A DNA stretch of 64,000 nucleotides, from NCBI RefSeq assembly GCF_032062105.1, contig NW_026926145.1, positions 124,001 through 188,000 on the forward strand, in the 5' to 3' direction. A model generated the notes under the pieces. That model saw only the letters and a list, made by a program, of their open reading frames with translations, made no database searches and was not told where the DNA came from. Positions 1 through 12,602 of this stretch are shown here, piece after piece. This stretch comes from Saccostrea cucullata. Its lineage: Eukaryota. Each line of letters begins with the position of its first letter. The first letter of the stretch is position 1. Made by a program: the position numbers and the translations under genes.

Positions 1-1187
1 ACCCCCCGCAAACGAAGTTTGGGGGGTATATAGGAATCACCTTGTCCGTCTGTCTGTCTGTCCGTCTGTCTGTGCAAACGTGTCCGGTCCATATCTTTCT
101 TATGAAGGGACATTAGAATCTACTACTCCACACAAAGATTGCCCATGACCTAAGGGTGTGTCATGACCTTGACCCAAGGTCATTTGGGGAAGTTCAAGGT
201 CACTGTAAGAAAAAGTTCATAATTCGTGTCCGGTCCATATCTTTCTTATGGATAAACTTGGTAGGTTCTCATTTCACACAAAGATTGCCCATGACCCAAG
301 GATGTGTCATGACCTTGACCCAAGGTCATTTGGGGAAGTTCAAGGTCACTGGAAGAAAAAGTTCATAATTCGTGTCCGGTCCATATCTTTCTTATGGATA
401 AACTTGGTAGGTTCTCTTTTCACGCAAAGATTGCCCATGACCCAAGGGTGTGTCAGGACCTTGACCCAAGGTCCTTTGGGGAAGTTCAAGGTCACTGGAA
501 GAAAAAGTTCATAATTCGTCTCCGGTCCATATCTTTCTTATGGATAAACTTGGTAGGTTCTTATTTCATGCAAAGATTGCCCATGACCCAAGGGTGTGTC
601 AGGACCTTGACCCAAGGTCCTTTGGGGAAGTTCAAGGTCACTGGAAGAAAAAGTTCATAATTCGTGTCCGGTTCATATCTTTTTTATGGATAAACTTGGT
701 AGGTTCTCATTTCACTCAAAGATTGCCCATGACCCAAGGGTTTGTCATGACCTTGACCCAAGGTCATTTGGTGAAGTTCAAGGTCACTGGAAGAAAAAGT
801 TCATAATTTGTGTCCGGTCCATATCTTTCTTATGGATAATCTTGGTAGGTTCTCATTTAACGCAAAGATTGCCCATGACCCAAGGGTGTGTCATGACCTT
901 GACCCAAGGTCATTTGGGCAAGTTCAAGGTCACTGGAAGAAAAAGTTCATAATTCTTACCAGTCCATATCTTTTTTATGGATAAACTTGGTAGGTTCTTA
1001 TTTCACACAAAGATTGCCCATGACCCAAGGGTGTGTCATGACCTTGACCCAAGGTCATTTGGGGAAGTTCAAGGTCACTGGAAGAAAAATTTCATAATTC
1101 ATGTGTGATACATATCTTTATTATGGAAAAACTTACTTCTGAAAAAACCCAGCAGGGGGTATTTTGTCCCGTTTGGACAGTTCTAGT
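1..1187 (+). mobile_element. Non-autonomous Helentron-type (HINE / pearl-like) element carrying a satellite array
   Basis: 5' hairpin ACCCCCCGCAAAC-GAA-GTTTGGGGGGTAT (1-29), (GTCT/GTCC)n microsatellite (44-72), central tandem array, then GGGGGTAT (1155-1162), a small GTCC-cgttt-GGAC hairpin and a CTAG-TTTT end. This matches HINE architecture; the first bases are cut by the window edge. Confidence 0.8.
79..1130 (+). repeat. 146-bp tandem satellite, 7 full units plus a partial unit
   Basis: The unit start CGTGTCCGGTCCATATCTTTCTTATG recurs with variants at 79, 225, 371, 517, 663, 809, 955 and 1101. Confidence 0.97.
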
Positions 1188-3179
1188 TTTAACAACTATA
1201 ACCATAAATTATGACCAAGGATAATAAAACAAATATAAAATAAAATTATTTACACAAAATTTATTTTGACATTTCACAATGATCATTTGTTTATTTATAA
1301 ACATGTATCACAAAGTTTGGCTTTAAAACTACAATAAATTAGTCATGGCACCTGTACTCCCATAAATCTGTATACCGGTAATGATAGAAACTTATTTCAA
1401 ACAGAACAAGAGAAAAAACGTCAGTCATTAAGTACATATAACTTCAAAATGCACATATCTTCTTTTTGAATGTATCATATTTTGATCTTAAGTTTAAGTC
1501 TTAAGTTCTTTTGTAAAACAATCTCCTGTATATTTTTATCTTTCAAACATGGTCACAAATGGTCACATGGTCACAAAAGTTATTTCTAACAAAATAACTT
1601 AACCCATGAAGTCACCAAAGGAATATTTGCTTTCAAGGGGAATGCAAAATGAAGTTTATTTCCCTTGTTCTTCTAGACAATCCATATCTATATTATAAGA
1701 GTTCTGGTACAATAAATATTAATGTAATCAATGAAATATTGAATAATTATTGAATAATCCGTTATTAAAATATATTAACTATTTCACATTATACTGTTAT
1801 GAGACTAGATATGCATAATGAATTTTTATATATTGCACTTCCAAGAAAAAAAATGTATTTTATATAAAATTGATATGCAGCACTGTAGGTAATCTCAAAT
1901 CTCTTATTCTGAGCATTCTACATGTACAATACGGTATAAAAGGAACAAAAAAAAAACTTCTGGAGTTTACAAAACCCCATTCAGAAATCTTGTGGCATGT
2001 AGAGTGTACTTTAAAATGTTACCCATTTTATTTCTTAACATAGGATCACTTATACTAACACAAAATCAATCAAGTCAATATAAGAAAATAAAAAAAATCA
2101 CAATTATTTTGATTCTGACATGCATGTTTAAGATCAAAACAGCAAAATGTATTCCTTATGCAAGTTCAATAAACACCAGAAATAGACAAAAACCATTATG
2201 AAAAATCTCCTCCATTTGATTGTGTTATAGATGCATAAACTTGGCATATGGAATTATCACCTAATGAATCTTCAAACTTTCCATATAAATATGAAAGCTT
2301 TTACAAGGCACACAATTTTTAAATGAAAGAACATGCTTTCTTATAAAAGTGCAATAAAACATGTTAATCATTGGCAAGTCTGCATTGCAATCAATGTGAA
2401 TGTTTTTAAAATAGAATAAGACCTAAATCAACCAATAGGGGACAGTCCTACAAATACAGAGGCTGACATGAATAACACCAAATTAAATCTAACAAAATTT
2501 AATTCATTAATTAAAATTGAATGCCTATTTATAAACATATATCTCTCTTTCATTCTCTCTTCATGGTGGGCTTGCCTTACTTTCATTAAGGGGCAAACAA
2601 GACATTGCATGTAGATAGAAGTATACAAGATACTTATGTAACTGCAATAAAACTAACACTTTGCCCAATATGACTGTAGTATTATGATTTAAGTTTGAAC
2701 TGCTTTTGAAAATACTACAATAAAATGCTAAGCCATAGCAAACCAATTGTTAAAATACAGGAAAAGACTTATATGAGGAAAACACAGGAACATAAAATAA
2801 CCAAATTTCTCTATATTGATTTAAAAAACTTCATTCAAACTCTGCTACAAGATTCAACTACATGTAATTGCTGAGATTTCTTTATATTTGGGCTTTACTG
2901 AATTAGAGACGCATGTATAATGAAAAATTAAAATGTGGACTAAATTCTGTAAAATACATGCACCATATTTTTGAGATCTTTAAATTCTAAAGGTAAAAAT
3001 ACAATAAAAATATACAATAATTTGTTTTATTTCTTCAAGTACGGTACCTAGTAAATAAACCATAAATATAAATGAGTGAGGGATACACTGTTATAAAATT
3101 TGTGACATTGCAATAATCACTAGTACAACAATAAAATTCATTAATAATATAGATTTCTACTTATGAAACAAAAATACAA

Positions 3180-4708
3180 TTAGTGATATTTTTCTGCCAC
3201 AATACACCAGTTAGCATGATCATAAGTTGAACTAATAATTTTCACATTTGGGACATGTTTTGAAATGAGTTTTGGCAATTCCCCATCTTTGAAAACATGG
3301 TAAAACCTGCTAAGTTCTGTGGACTTGTTTAATGATTCGTTTCTTACTGCAGGGGATGAAGGCACTGAAGACGTGGGATGACTGACCTGGACTGCCTCTG
3401 TGATATGATTGACAGCTGGCAAGCTACAAGAGTGTCTTTGAGAGAGGCCACTCAAATGAGATCTTAGTTTGAGACTATCTGAGGACATATCATCAAAACG
3501 TTTTAGAGACTCGCAATTTGAGGGTGATAAGTCTGACATGGAATGCTTAAGTAGTGTATCTTTCTGACTTGCAATATGGCAGGATGTGTCTTGACTAGCA
3601 GAAGCTCTAGCTTCCAAACATGTCTGGTGTACAGGATTGTTTTTCGTCTCAGATTCAACACTGAGTTCATCGGTAACACAGTATAAGTTTGATCCCTGAT
3701 TTTCACTGCTCTGAAAGGCTTTTAACTCCTCTGATATGATCTCCCTTCTGTAATTTGGACAGCTACTCATTGGGAACTCTCTCACAGCAAAATCGCTGAC
3801 GTCCATCTCTCCACTATCACATACTACTGGCTCAAGTTTTGGCTTCTTCATTTTTGATGATTTTCCTTCAAAAAAATTAAGAAAACTCTCTTTGATGGAA
3901 GAAAAAAGTGTGAATTTATTTTTCCTCACTTTTGCACCATCTTTTCGAGTTGTTTGTGATGTATCATCTGGATCTTTGACAGGATCAGTCTTACACAAAT
4001 ACTGGTCTAAGCTTGGTTTATGTCCTGGACAAATGTCACAATTGCTATTTGATTTCACTGAACTGACAACATTTTCTTGAAGCACCACTGACTTGATTTT
4101 ACTACAGGGATCTTGAATATCAGTGATAGTTTCTGATGTAAATTTATCTCTCCCATGGCAGTTTGTGTTGTCAATCTTAAAAGGTTCAGAAAGGTTCCTA
4201 TGGGAAATTTCTGCTGCTTTTTCTAAATTCCCATTCTCAGCTTTGATAGATTTTCTGATTGGCTCTGAAAAATCACCTGATTTGTAACCTTCAAGTCCTG
4301 TATGATGTAAGTTTTGATGACTGCTTAGATCTGCTTGCAAATTTTCATTAGTTGACCTGTATTCACTTTCACTGAGGTAGAACATACTTGAAGACATGGC
4401 CTTGAGAGATGCCTCAAACTTTCTGCACTCTGCTGCAAGAACACTTGGTACAAAATTATCTCGAGTTTCTTCCCCAGAAAGTCCCTCAAGTGAGCTGGGG
4501 AGGGTATTGCACCTGTGTCTTTGGGACAATAGGTGGGATTCCTGAGTGACCGTTCTAAGATAGGACTGTAGATGAGTATTTTCTTGTTCTTTGCCTGGAT
4601 CTGAGAGTGTTCGATTAAAGTTTATCTCTGAACTCCTGGTGTCCTCGATGTCAACTGATGACTCACTATCAGAGCTTGTATTGCTGGACAATCCCCCATC
4701 CAGTGAGC
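3180..4708 (-). CDS. TRMT9B: TRMT9B-like terminal coding exon
   Basis: tcacag| followed by a long Ser-rich ORF ending in the conserved YHVF..GEL...DHANWCIVAEK and TAA at 3180-3182. Confidence 0.9.
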
Positions 4709-6798
4709 CTGTGACAAGTATCAAATACTTAACATTAGAGAACATTATTGATGCAGTTTAAAGTTTTTTGGGGTTCCCTGTCAATATTCATAACAATTCT
4801 TTATTAATTAAGTTATGGTTATAATGAAATCTGATGTATCAAATCAATGATTATCTGACATTAGTTGAGGTAAAGTGAAGTTATAGGGTGAAGTCTAGTA
4901 AAAGTACTTATCCAAATGCTCTAATTTCATTAAAATTCCCCCAATATGGTACAAAATAACACAATGGCTTACTACTTATTAGAGTATGTGGAATGTTTGG
5001 GGAAAAAAACCCAACTGGCATGTCATTGTTTAAAATGGGCAGGAATATAGAAAAATTTGGTTTCTTACCAGATCTCTTGTTGCTATGGTTACTGTGCCAA
5101 GGAATCAAGACATCCTGAGTTTTGAACTGAAACAAACATTTTTAAAAATATACATACATGTATAATAGCAGAAATTATAAATTTGATTTAACATTAACTT
5201 AAACTTAACTAAATGACCTCTGGTCTGAAACACTCTCTGTTCAAAAGTAATCTTTAAACAAATTAGGAACTTTCTTCAATGTTTTTATAATAGAAAGTTA
5301 GAGAAAATTTCAGATGGATATACTTTAGCTGTCATTGATCTTGAACTTGCCCAAATAGCCTTGAATCAAAGTCATTTGTCACCCTTATATCATTAATATC
5401 ATTATCAATCTCTGTGTCAAGTATGAGCTTCCAATATTTTTTCTTTTAAAGATTGGAAAGGTTTGGAATCATACTTTTCCTAAATGTGACCTTGAACTTT
5501 TCTAAATGACCTTAAATAAGGATTAGGACAATTAACCCATTGGGTAAATAAAAGACAGAAAACAATTACCATTTTTTTGCAAAGTACATGCACTGTGACA
5601 TTGCCTGAATGAAATTGCAAAGGTAATATTATTCCCTTATGTCAGAAGTAACATGGTAGTATTTATGCATACCGGTATTTTTTTTCATTACAAAGACCCA
5701 TTTGTAGGAAACACAGAAAAATAGATGGATGGATTTAAGTGATAAAGATGATCTCTGTACATCTCCCAAACATTGGTGGGTAGACACACAGGGTTATTTT
5801 CAGTATCTAGCAACATGGATACTGAATACCGGTACATTTCCTTTTTTTGAATTTCAAAATTCCTTATACAGTAAAACTTGTTTAATACGAACAAGGATAT
5901 TGGGAATTCATGGATATAACGAAGTTATCTTGCCTAAGCTATATAAATTCAACTTAATACGGATATAACAAATTACCGACTTTGCGAAGCAATTTCATAG
6001 GTCCCAGTGACTTCTTTATAACTGAGTTTTACTGTACAATCAAAAAGAGGTCAGAAATCCCTTCACTGATACTTCTGTTAAATAAAAAGGATGGTTATTT
6101 ATCATGAGATTCCCTCACCCTTCTGTGCTTTTGTTCAAAGGCCCATACATATATCATGACCTGTCCCCCAGGTCTTAGAAGACGGCACATTTCCTTCACA
6201 GCTTGGAGACGTCGACTCTGACTAGAGAAATGGTGGATTACACCAATAGATATGATGGCATCAAATACCCCATCTCGAAATGGCAGGCTCATATTGTCTG
6301 CCACAAGCACCTCATGGCCCTTACTCCTGGCATTCTCTACCAATGGGGAGCAGATATCCACTCCAAATTTCACAACTTTACTGTTAATGTGAAGATAGCG
6401 GCCACTTCCACAACCTGAGATAGATATTGAAGTCTGTATGTTTTACATTCCTACTACATTTACATGACTGTATAATCATATTCCCTTTTGTATTCTTAGT
6501 TCACTTATAAAATACCAGAAGTTTAACTTTGAAAAACTTTTGTCAGGAAAGTTAATTGTAACCCCCCCCCCCCAAAAAATCTCTATGGATTGAAAAATAT
6601 CAAAACTTATAATTGTTAGTTTCTACCAATATCAGCCACTATGGATCCAGGAGGCAAATCCTTGAGAAACCTTCGGACGTTTGGCCAGGCTTTCTGGGAA
6701 ATTTCGCTGAACTTTGGTGCAATCTGGTCATACACATTATACACATGATTTTTCTCCAAGTGAAGATCCTTGTGTTTTCTGTTATCTCTCACTGGCAT
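3180..6798 (-). CDS. TRMT9B: Probable tRNA methyltransferase 9B-like (TRMT9B/KIAA1456 family), 684 aa; exons 6627-6798, 6119-6414, 5069-5126, 3180-4708
   Basis: Trm9-type N-terminus LEKNHVYNVYDQIAPKFS, SAM motif I VADIGCGSGRY, FDAIISIGVIHHFS, LRPGGQVMIYVWAFEQ, QDVLIPW and C-terminal RFYHVFKDGEL...YDHANWCIVAEK. Introns are GT-AG with phases 1/0/1; spliced length 2055 nt. No RRM or AlkB domain is visible, so it is not ALKBH8. Confidence 0.9.
5069..5126 (-). CDS. TRMT9B: TRMT9B-like coding exon 3
   Basis: tttcag|FKTQDVLIPWHSNHSNKRS(G)|gtaag. Confidence 0.88.
5331..5530 (-). repeat. Degenerate, inverted relic of the 146-bp satellite family
   Basis: TTGATCTTGAACTTGCCCAAATAGCCTTG and GTGACCTTGAACTTTTCTAAATGACCTT resemble the reverse complement of the satellite core CCCAAGGTCATTTGGGCAAGTTCAAGGTCAC. 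Confidence 0.65.
5867..6036. mobile_element. Tc1/mariner-pogo-type MITE, short copy
   Basis: TA-CAGTAAAAC...GTTTTACTG-TA terminal inverted repeats and internal GGATATAAC repeats; same family as 51874-52359. Confidence 0.8.
6119..6414 (-). CDS. TRMT9B: TRMT9B-like coding exon 2
   Basis: tctcag|GCGSGRYLHINSK...WAFEQKHRR|gtgagg. Confidence 0.92.
6627..6798 (-). CDS. TRMT9B: TRMT9B-like coding exon 1 (acceptor at 6811, ATG at 6798)
   Basis: MPVRDNRKHKDLHLEKNHV...VADIG|gtagaa; upstream acceptor tttttttacag. Confidence 0.88.
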
Positions 6799-9700
6799 TT
6801 TCAGAGTAAGGCTGTAAAAAAATACATTATGTATACGTATTGATTACTGAAATACCTTACTAATCCAGGTATTACATGGAGGAGAATGCCTTCCCCGCCC
6901 ACATTATTCAAGAATATATAAATACTTGTAATACAGGAAATTTACACTCTGATTTTTAATAGAAGTGACATTTACAACGAACTTCTCATGACTATACATG
7001 ATCATTTTTTTTCATTTGGCTGACCACAACATTCACCTGTCTTTGACTTACGGTTCCACAAACACAAAGTGTTACCTCTAGCATTATATAATCATTTTGT
7101 AGCAATATAAGGTACAACCTCATGATTACCATCATCAGTTATAACCTTCACCTTTTACCTTAAAAAATAATAGCAAGTGGTAATTTCTCTAAAACAGATC
7201 AAAGGATACTCTAGTACTCTACCAAATATGACCTTTGAATTCCCGATCCTGGAATTAACATTCTTTTTCTTCTGACCAACAGTGGTGAATATTGACAATT
7301 GATGTTCACACAATCCTTGACTCTATTGTGGAACTTAACAATTAACTTTTTGACTCCAAAATCAATAGTTTTTTTTCTTCTTTTGACCACCAAGTATTCC
7401 CTTAACAAGGGATGTGTACATAAATTGATAAACCTGTAATGATCATTATGAGATTTGGTCACTAACAAGTAGCTTTGCAAAGGACCAATTTAATCTATTT
7501 TCTGAGTAGAGATTACAACATTGGGCTGATCACATGGTTGGCATGAAAATTGAATCCCTTCTCTTCACTTTAATTCTTTTATGTAAAATAATGACTTTAC
7601 AAATATCATGAAATTATCGGTAAGTGCCTATGAAGGTAATTATTTCAGAAAACATTTAGCCTAATTGAAATTATATTTCATGAATATATACACTCAACTC
7701 ATGCTTTATCATTAAATAGTTTCCACTCGCTTAAATATATTTTCTTGCAATTTAAAGTCTTCAGATTATTTCAATATTTTTTAAATTCAATGTACTAACA
7801 CATACTAAGGTATCTTCTTTAAAACACAAAGTAGTGAGTTCTGTTATAAGACGACTCCTCACATTTATAGTACTTTGACCTTGAAACCTTCACCTCTCAC
7901 CTCCATCTACTCTGTCTCCTCCATTGTATGACTGTCCGGTGTAACTGTGTAGGTTATAAGGCTGATGCACTAAGGTCAGCTAAACTGTGACACAGGCCTC
8001 ATTCAGTCCCCAGGTAGCTCCATAGACGTGCTACAATCAATTAGTTCGCAGTGCTGTACAACATGCATGATTCGTATTTATATCCAATTATTGGACTCCA
8101 CCTTCACGACATTTTGTCTACTGTTACAATGCAGGTTGTGCCTCACCCTTCGTGTGACAATCAAACCAAAAAGTTGTGATTTCTTTGTACCATTTGACCA
8201 TTAGACTTTATCATACATATAGGCCTAACTGAAATCACTTTGAAATGGAGGTTATATTTTTATGATTTCACTTAAATAATTTGAGATCTGTTTTATTTAT
8301 CATATAAGTCATCTTTTTTTGTATAAATAGTTTTTTAAAAAAAATCCCACCATAATTGGCATAGTTATGTGATTTAATGTAATAAGTTTACCATAAATGT
8401 AATAAGTTACAAATTCAATCACACCTCTCCATTGAGGGAGCACTTCACAGTAATCGTGATGCACAGAGAACGAGACCTCAAAGATCTCGACAATGACGTG
8501 ACGGAGAGTGCGGTAATTCTACAGAATTAATGCCAGTTGTTTTTCACCACAAAATCAATTTCCCATCTCTGTCTGAGAACAACAGAATTAATTTATACAA
8601 ATTATTTCACATGCAATATTGCTTCCTTATCATACATTGAGTTCTTTTCCCTACAAAGATTTTGGTTGTAAACTTGGACACAAATGAGTATAGTTATTAG
8701 TTGGATATATATTCAATATGATATGCCATTATTATTGAAGGGTGGCATAAAACATGAATATGAAAACATCAACGTATAGAGGCGGCAGATGTTGGATTAA
8801 TAAAGGGATAAAATCAGATAAGCAGCTGATGCCCCCCTTTATTATTCACCCAAAACATGATACCAGAGAGTTGTACAAACAATTACTTTATTGCAATACA
8901 ATATAAAGTAATTTAAACAAACTGGGAGGAAAAACCTAACTTAAATAAATAAACATGCTGGTTATAAAGTTTTTCAATAGAAAATAAAAATCTTACATCA
9001 TATTCTGAGAATTAAATATGTTTTTGAATATTATTAACCTATACCAGATGGCTTTTTAAACAAAACATTTCAAAATGGAACCGTACGTTATTGACTGTTG
9101 AGAGAAATTATTCAAAGCAGCATCCAGGGTACTTATATTTTCAACTAAAATTTTTTTTGAATATTTATTTCCTGTTTGACACGATTAAAACATAACTTAC
9201 CTACTTTATTTAATCAGACCAGGTGAAGCGTCATACTAGTGGTAACTTGGCCTTGTCCATTCTACTGTCTACCTACATAAGAAGTAGTACATAATCTATA
9301 ATATCTGTTTCCATAGTAACATTGATGTAATGATTCTATTCTCCAACAGAAAGGAGTGACAAGTTGGGTCATATATAAAAACTTCAGCACCAATTCAAGC
9401 GATCAATAAGACATAAAACCAGTCACCGATTTATCACATCAATATTCAATCATCACAAACACAGCTCTTCTGTAAACATTTTATGTAAGCAGCTAATGTT
9501 CACTTAACTGTAAACACCCCTAAGAGTTTGGCAAAAATATCATTCCAACAAACACATAAGCTATACCCTAGATACTAACTTTACTGGCTATCATTAGTTT
9601 CTTTGACTCTAATTGGGGTGACCTAAGTGTACCAGTCCGAATCCTTCCCTGTTATAAGTACCAGATTTCCCTCAGCTGGCAGTGCTATATTGACAATTCT

Positions 9701-10257
9701 ATACTGTTAAATTGATGTGTTAAGAGGCTGCCTCACTGGAACCATTTATATCTGTCCTGACATAAAACAGCCAGCCCTGTATATGTATAACCACATATTG
9801 AACTTTTCCATTGATTCTTCTTTCCTATATTGCCAATTTTTCATCATGATTTTCATATGAAAAACAGACACAATGTATTACGCTAGCTGATTTATATGTC
9901 AGGATAATATCCTAGCGGGAGTAACTATGTCAGTAAAACTTATATAAAATTAATTGTCATAAAATGTTTGCTTACATATACAACCAGAGGGCTCAACATT
10001 AATGTTTGTCCAATTGGCCATGTCCATTTCATCTTAAGATTTCAAAAGTTTTTATCTTTGTTCTCTAAAATAATGTAATAAATATTGTAAGTTATTCCGT
10101 GAAAAATTGACAAAAATGAAATTTTGTAAAAAGAGTCTGTTCAGTGGATGCTTATGGTGTTTCTTTTGCACTTATTCTTTTTTCATGTAAACAAAGTAAG
10201 ATATTTTTGAGCTGAAAGATAATGAAACAATACAGATGCAATTGACTTTCTTAATTG

Positions 10258-10458
10258 CAGATGCTAGACTAACCATTATAAGTCAAATACATGTATTAAT
10301 TGAAGATAAACCCTTATCTCTTAGATGCGAGTCTAACCATAATCAGCCGAATAATTGTGCAAAGACTAACCCTAATCTCTTAGATGGGTGCAAGACTTAA
10401 CCCTGTGAAATAAGTGTGCAGGACTAACCCTTATCAGTTGAGAGTCGTAAACCTTTAG
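10258..10458 (+). repeat. Degenerate minisatellite with recurring (A)GACTAACC(CT) core
   Basis: About 6-7 variants: GACTAACCAT, GATAAACCCTTATCTCTTAGATG, GTCTAACCAT, GACTAACCCTAATCTCTTAGATG, GACTTAACCCT, GACTAACCCTTATC. Confidence 0.6.
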
Positions 10459-11170
10459 TTTATGTCCTAATCTTTGAGTGTGGGGGTATCTTGAAATGGG
10501 TATGGTAAACTAAAAGTCTCCTGTGTCAATCTCTAAATGCTAATCTATAACAGGGGTTTACTTAGGCCCTGGGGTCAAGGAATTTCCCCACCTATAATGA
10601 CATTATCCCCTGGATATTCTGAATGAAAACCCTTTCAGCCCCTGTAAAGGGACTTAAAGGGAGGAGCCTGAAACCTTCTTCTGATTTTTCAAAATGTCAC
10701 TTGCTATATTAATACTTAGGAATTAATCCTGCTATTTTCCTGTATCCTTTTAATCAACAGTCTTAATAATTTTAATCTATTTAATTCTAGCTTTATTTCC
10801 TGTCCAGATACCACTTGATACATACAACATCAATTTTGATTGAAATGTAAAGGGAAAACAGTACAATGTTCACAGTTGTGAAAATAGCTAAATACCAATT
10901 CAAGATTTTTCTTCTGACATCAGAAATTTCCAAATTTTTTTTTAATATTACCAAAATCTATAATACCTGTTGATTACAGCCATTATAATTTAATTACAAA
11001 GATTTTTGTTTTGTTCTTTCTGAAAGAAATTTAGATCCTTTACCGGTTAAAAATACCATGAAAAGGATGGATTAAACTTTATTCCCTTCCAAACATTTGA
11101 CTTTTTTTCCTTCAAGAAATTTAAGAAAATTCCAAGTATTGAATCTCAAAGGGCAGGCCACTGTCACTAT

Positions 11171-11226
11171 GGAGAAAGTATAGAGGCTAGGAGAAAGTAT
11201 AGAGGCTAGGAGAAAGTATAGAGGCT
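11171..11226 (+). repeat. 19-bp minisatellite x3
   Basis: GGAGAAAGTATAGAGGCTA is repeated three times. Confidence 0.9.
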
Positions 11227-11475
11227 TTAGCCAATGAATGAAATATATGGAGATAAAGGACAGTATTCAAGCTTAAAAGTCCATCAAACAATACAAATTA
11301 TGGACCTCTAATACATCAGAGGTGGGATCAGGTGCCATGGAAGAGTGTGCATCCCCTGCTGACCTGCCATGTGCTCCTTGTCATAATTGGGAAATAACAG
11401 AAAAATCCATTGACAATTCAGAACTATAATAATGGTCTAAAAGAAATTCCAAAATGTCAGTAAGCATTTGACTTA

Positions 11476-11788
11476 ATGACAGGTCCTGGGTTTGATTCCT
11501 GGTCCAGCCATAGATTTTCTCCTTTCCAGTGTTATATAGATTTGGTGCGGTTGAACACCTCTGGGATATTGCAAGTGAAACTCCTGCCAGGGGCTAATAA
11601 AAGCTTGAGTTGTGTCTTTGAGGGCAAAGACCATTTAAGGAGGAAGGAATCTAATGGTTTTGGCCATGGATATTGGCCTGGATAGCTCAGTCGGTAATAC
11701 ACCTGACAATAGTGATGCAGGGCCAGGGGTCTCACCGGTTCGATTCCCGGTCCAGCAATTACATTTAATTTTCTCCTTTCTTGTTACA
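11476..11788 (+). mobile_element. tRNA-derived SINE-like repeat, two tandem degenerate modules
   Basis: 11675-11757 has A box TAGCTCAGTCGG and B box GGTTCGATTCC. 11480-11535 repeats the B-box and tail (GGTTTGATTCCTGGTCCAGC...TTTCTCCTTTC..TGTTA). Confidence 0.65.
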
Positions 11789-12069
11789 CTAAAATCACAT
11801 AGACACTATAAAATTACTTTTATATAGTACATGTATTTAGACTACAATTTCATCTCTGTCTACTCTTACCACTAAACTAATATACAGCTATCCTACGGCT
11901 ACCCGGCTAGCAGTAGCAGCTAAGTGTTCAGACTGACTAGGCTTATTTAGCATTTTCATCTGTAATTTTTGCAAGTTTGTTTTAAAATCCTTTTCCAGCT
12001 ACACATTTAACTTTGGTGATCTGGACTAAAATATCTCAATGGAGGTCTAAATGCAGAAAGTAAACCTAC

Positions 12070-12150
12070 CTGAAAGTGATGCTCATGCACTCTCTACCAT
12101 CGGCTCATACATTCACCTCTGTCGTTGGCTCGCGTATATCACAGTGCTAA
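12070..12150 (-). other. TRMT9B: Candidate first exon of TRMT9B-like gene
   Basis: Strong minus-strand donor CAG|GTAGGT at 12070 in a CpG-containing patch. An ATG at 12086 is in frame with the 6811 exon (MSITFSLTLK-MPVR). The 5' limit is approximate. Confidence 0.55.
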
Positions 12151-12602
12151 ACACAAGAAATAGTGCGTTTGTTTTAATTCATTATAATTCAATTTCCATG
12201 ATTATGTCTGAGTTTTGAGATAGATATTTACTAAATAAATCCAGAACTATTATTTTAATTTGAAAAAATCCTACAAATATAACTTTTTATACGGTATGTC
12301 AAAAATCTTGACGTGAGCCCATTGCAGAGGTGTCTGAGAGAGGAACGAACGACAACTCTGCCTGGGAGATTGATGCTCATGGTGCTTTGTTTCAGTAACT
12401 TGTTAACTGGTTCATATTCTGGTTACGTGAAACAATCAGAAAGGCTTCGTGTAACAATGTTTTGGTTTATTTATTTTTCTGTATAGTAATAATGATTTAA
12501 AAAATATGTTTTAAATTGAAATAAAAGGTTACATGGCAATAAACACAAAAATATATTCATGCGAATATTATATGCTCGAGTTACTTCACAAATAAACAAA
12601 AA
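12150..12602. promoter_or_regulatory. Putative bidirectional promoter between TRMT9B-like and LIAS
   Basis: About 450-500 bp separate the divergent first exons. CpG is locally elevated, with CRE-like TGACGTGA (12310) and TTACGTGA (12423). Depends on the 12070 exon being real. Confidence 0.5.

Noticed and set aside
156-952. Five overlapping near-identical 70-88-aa ORFs
   Set aside because: They are by-products of the 146-bp satellite period, which shifts frame each unit, and show no protein features.
3180-6798. ALKBH8 assignment
   Set aside because: No RRM, AlkB or zinc-knuckle exons upstream; the methyltransferase starts near the ATG and has the TRMT9B-type long insert.
11675-11757. Functional tRNA gene (also 58780-58844)
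   Set aside because: The anticodon and variable arms do not fold cleanly and both copies carry SINE-like tails; treated as tRNA-derived repeats.
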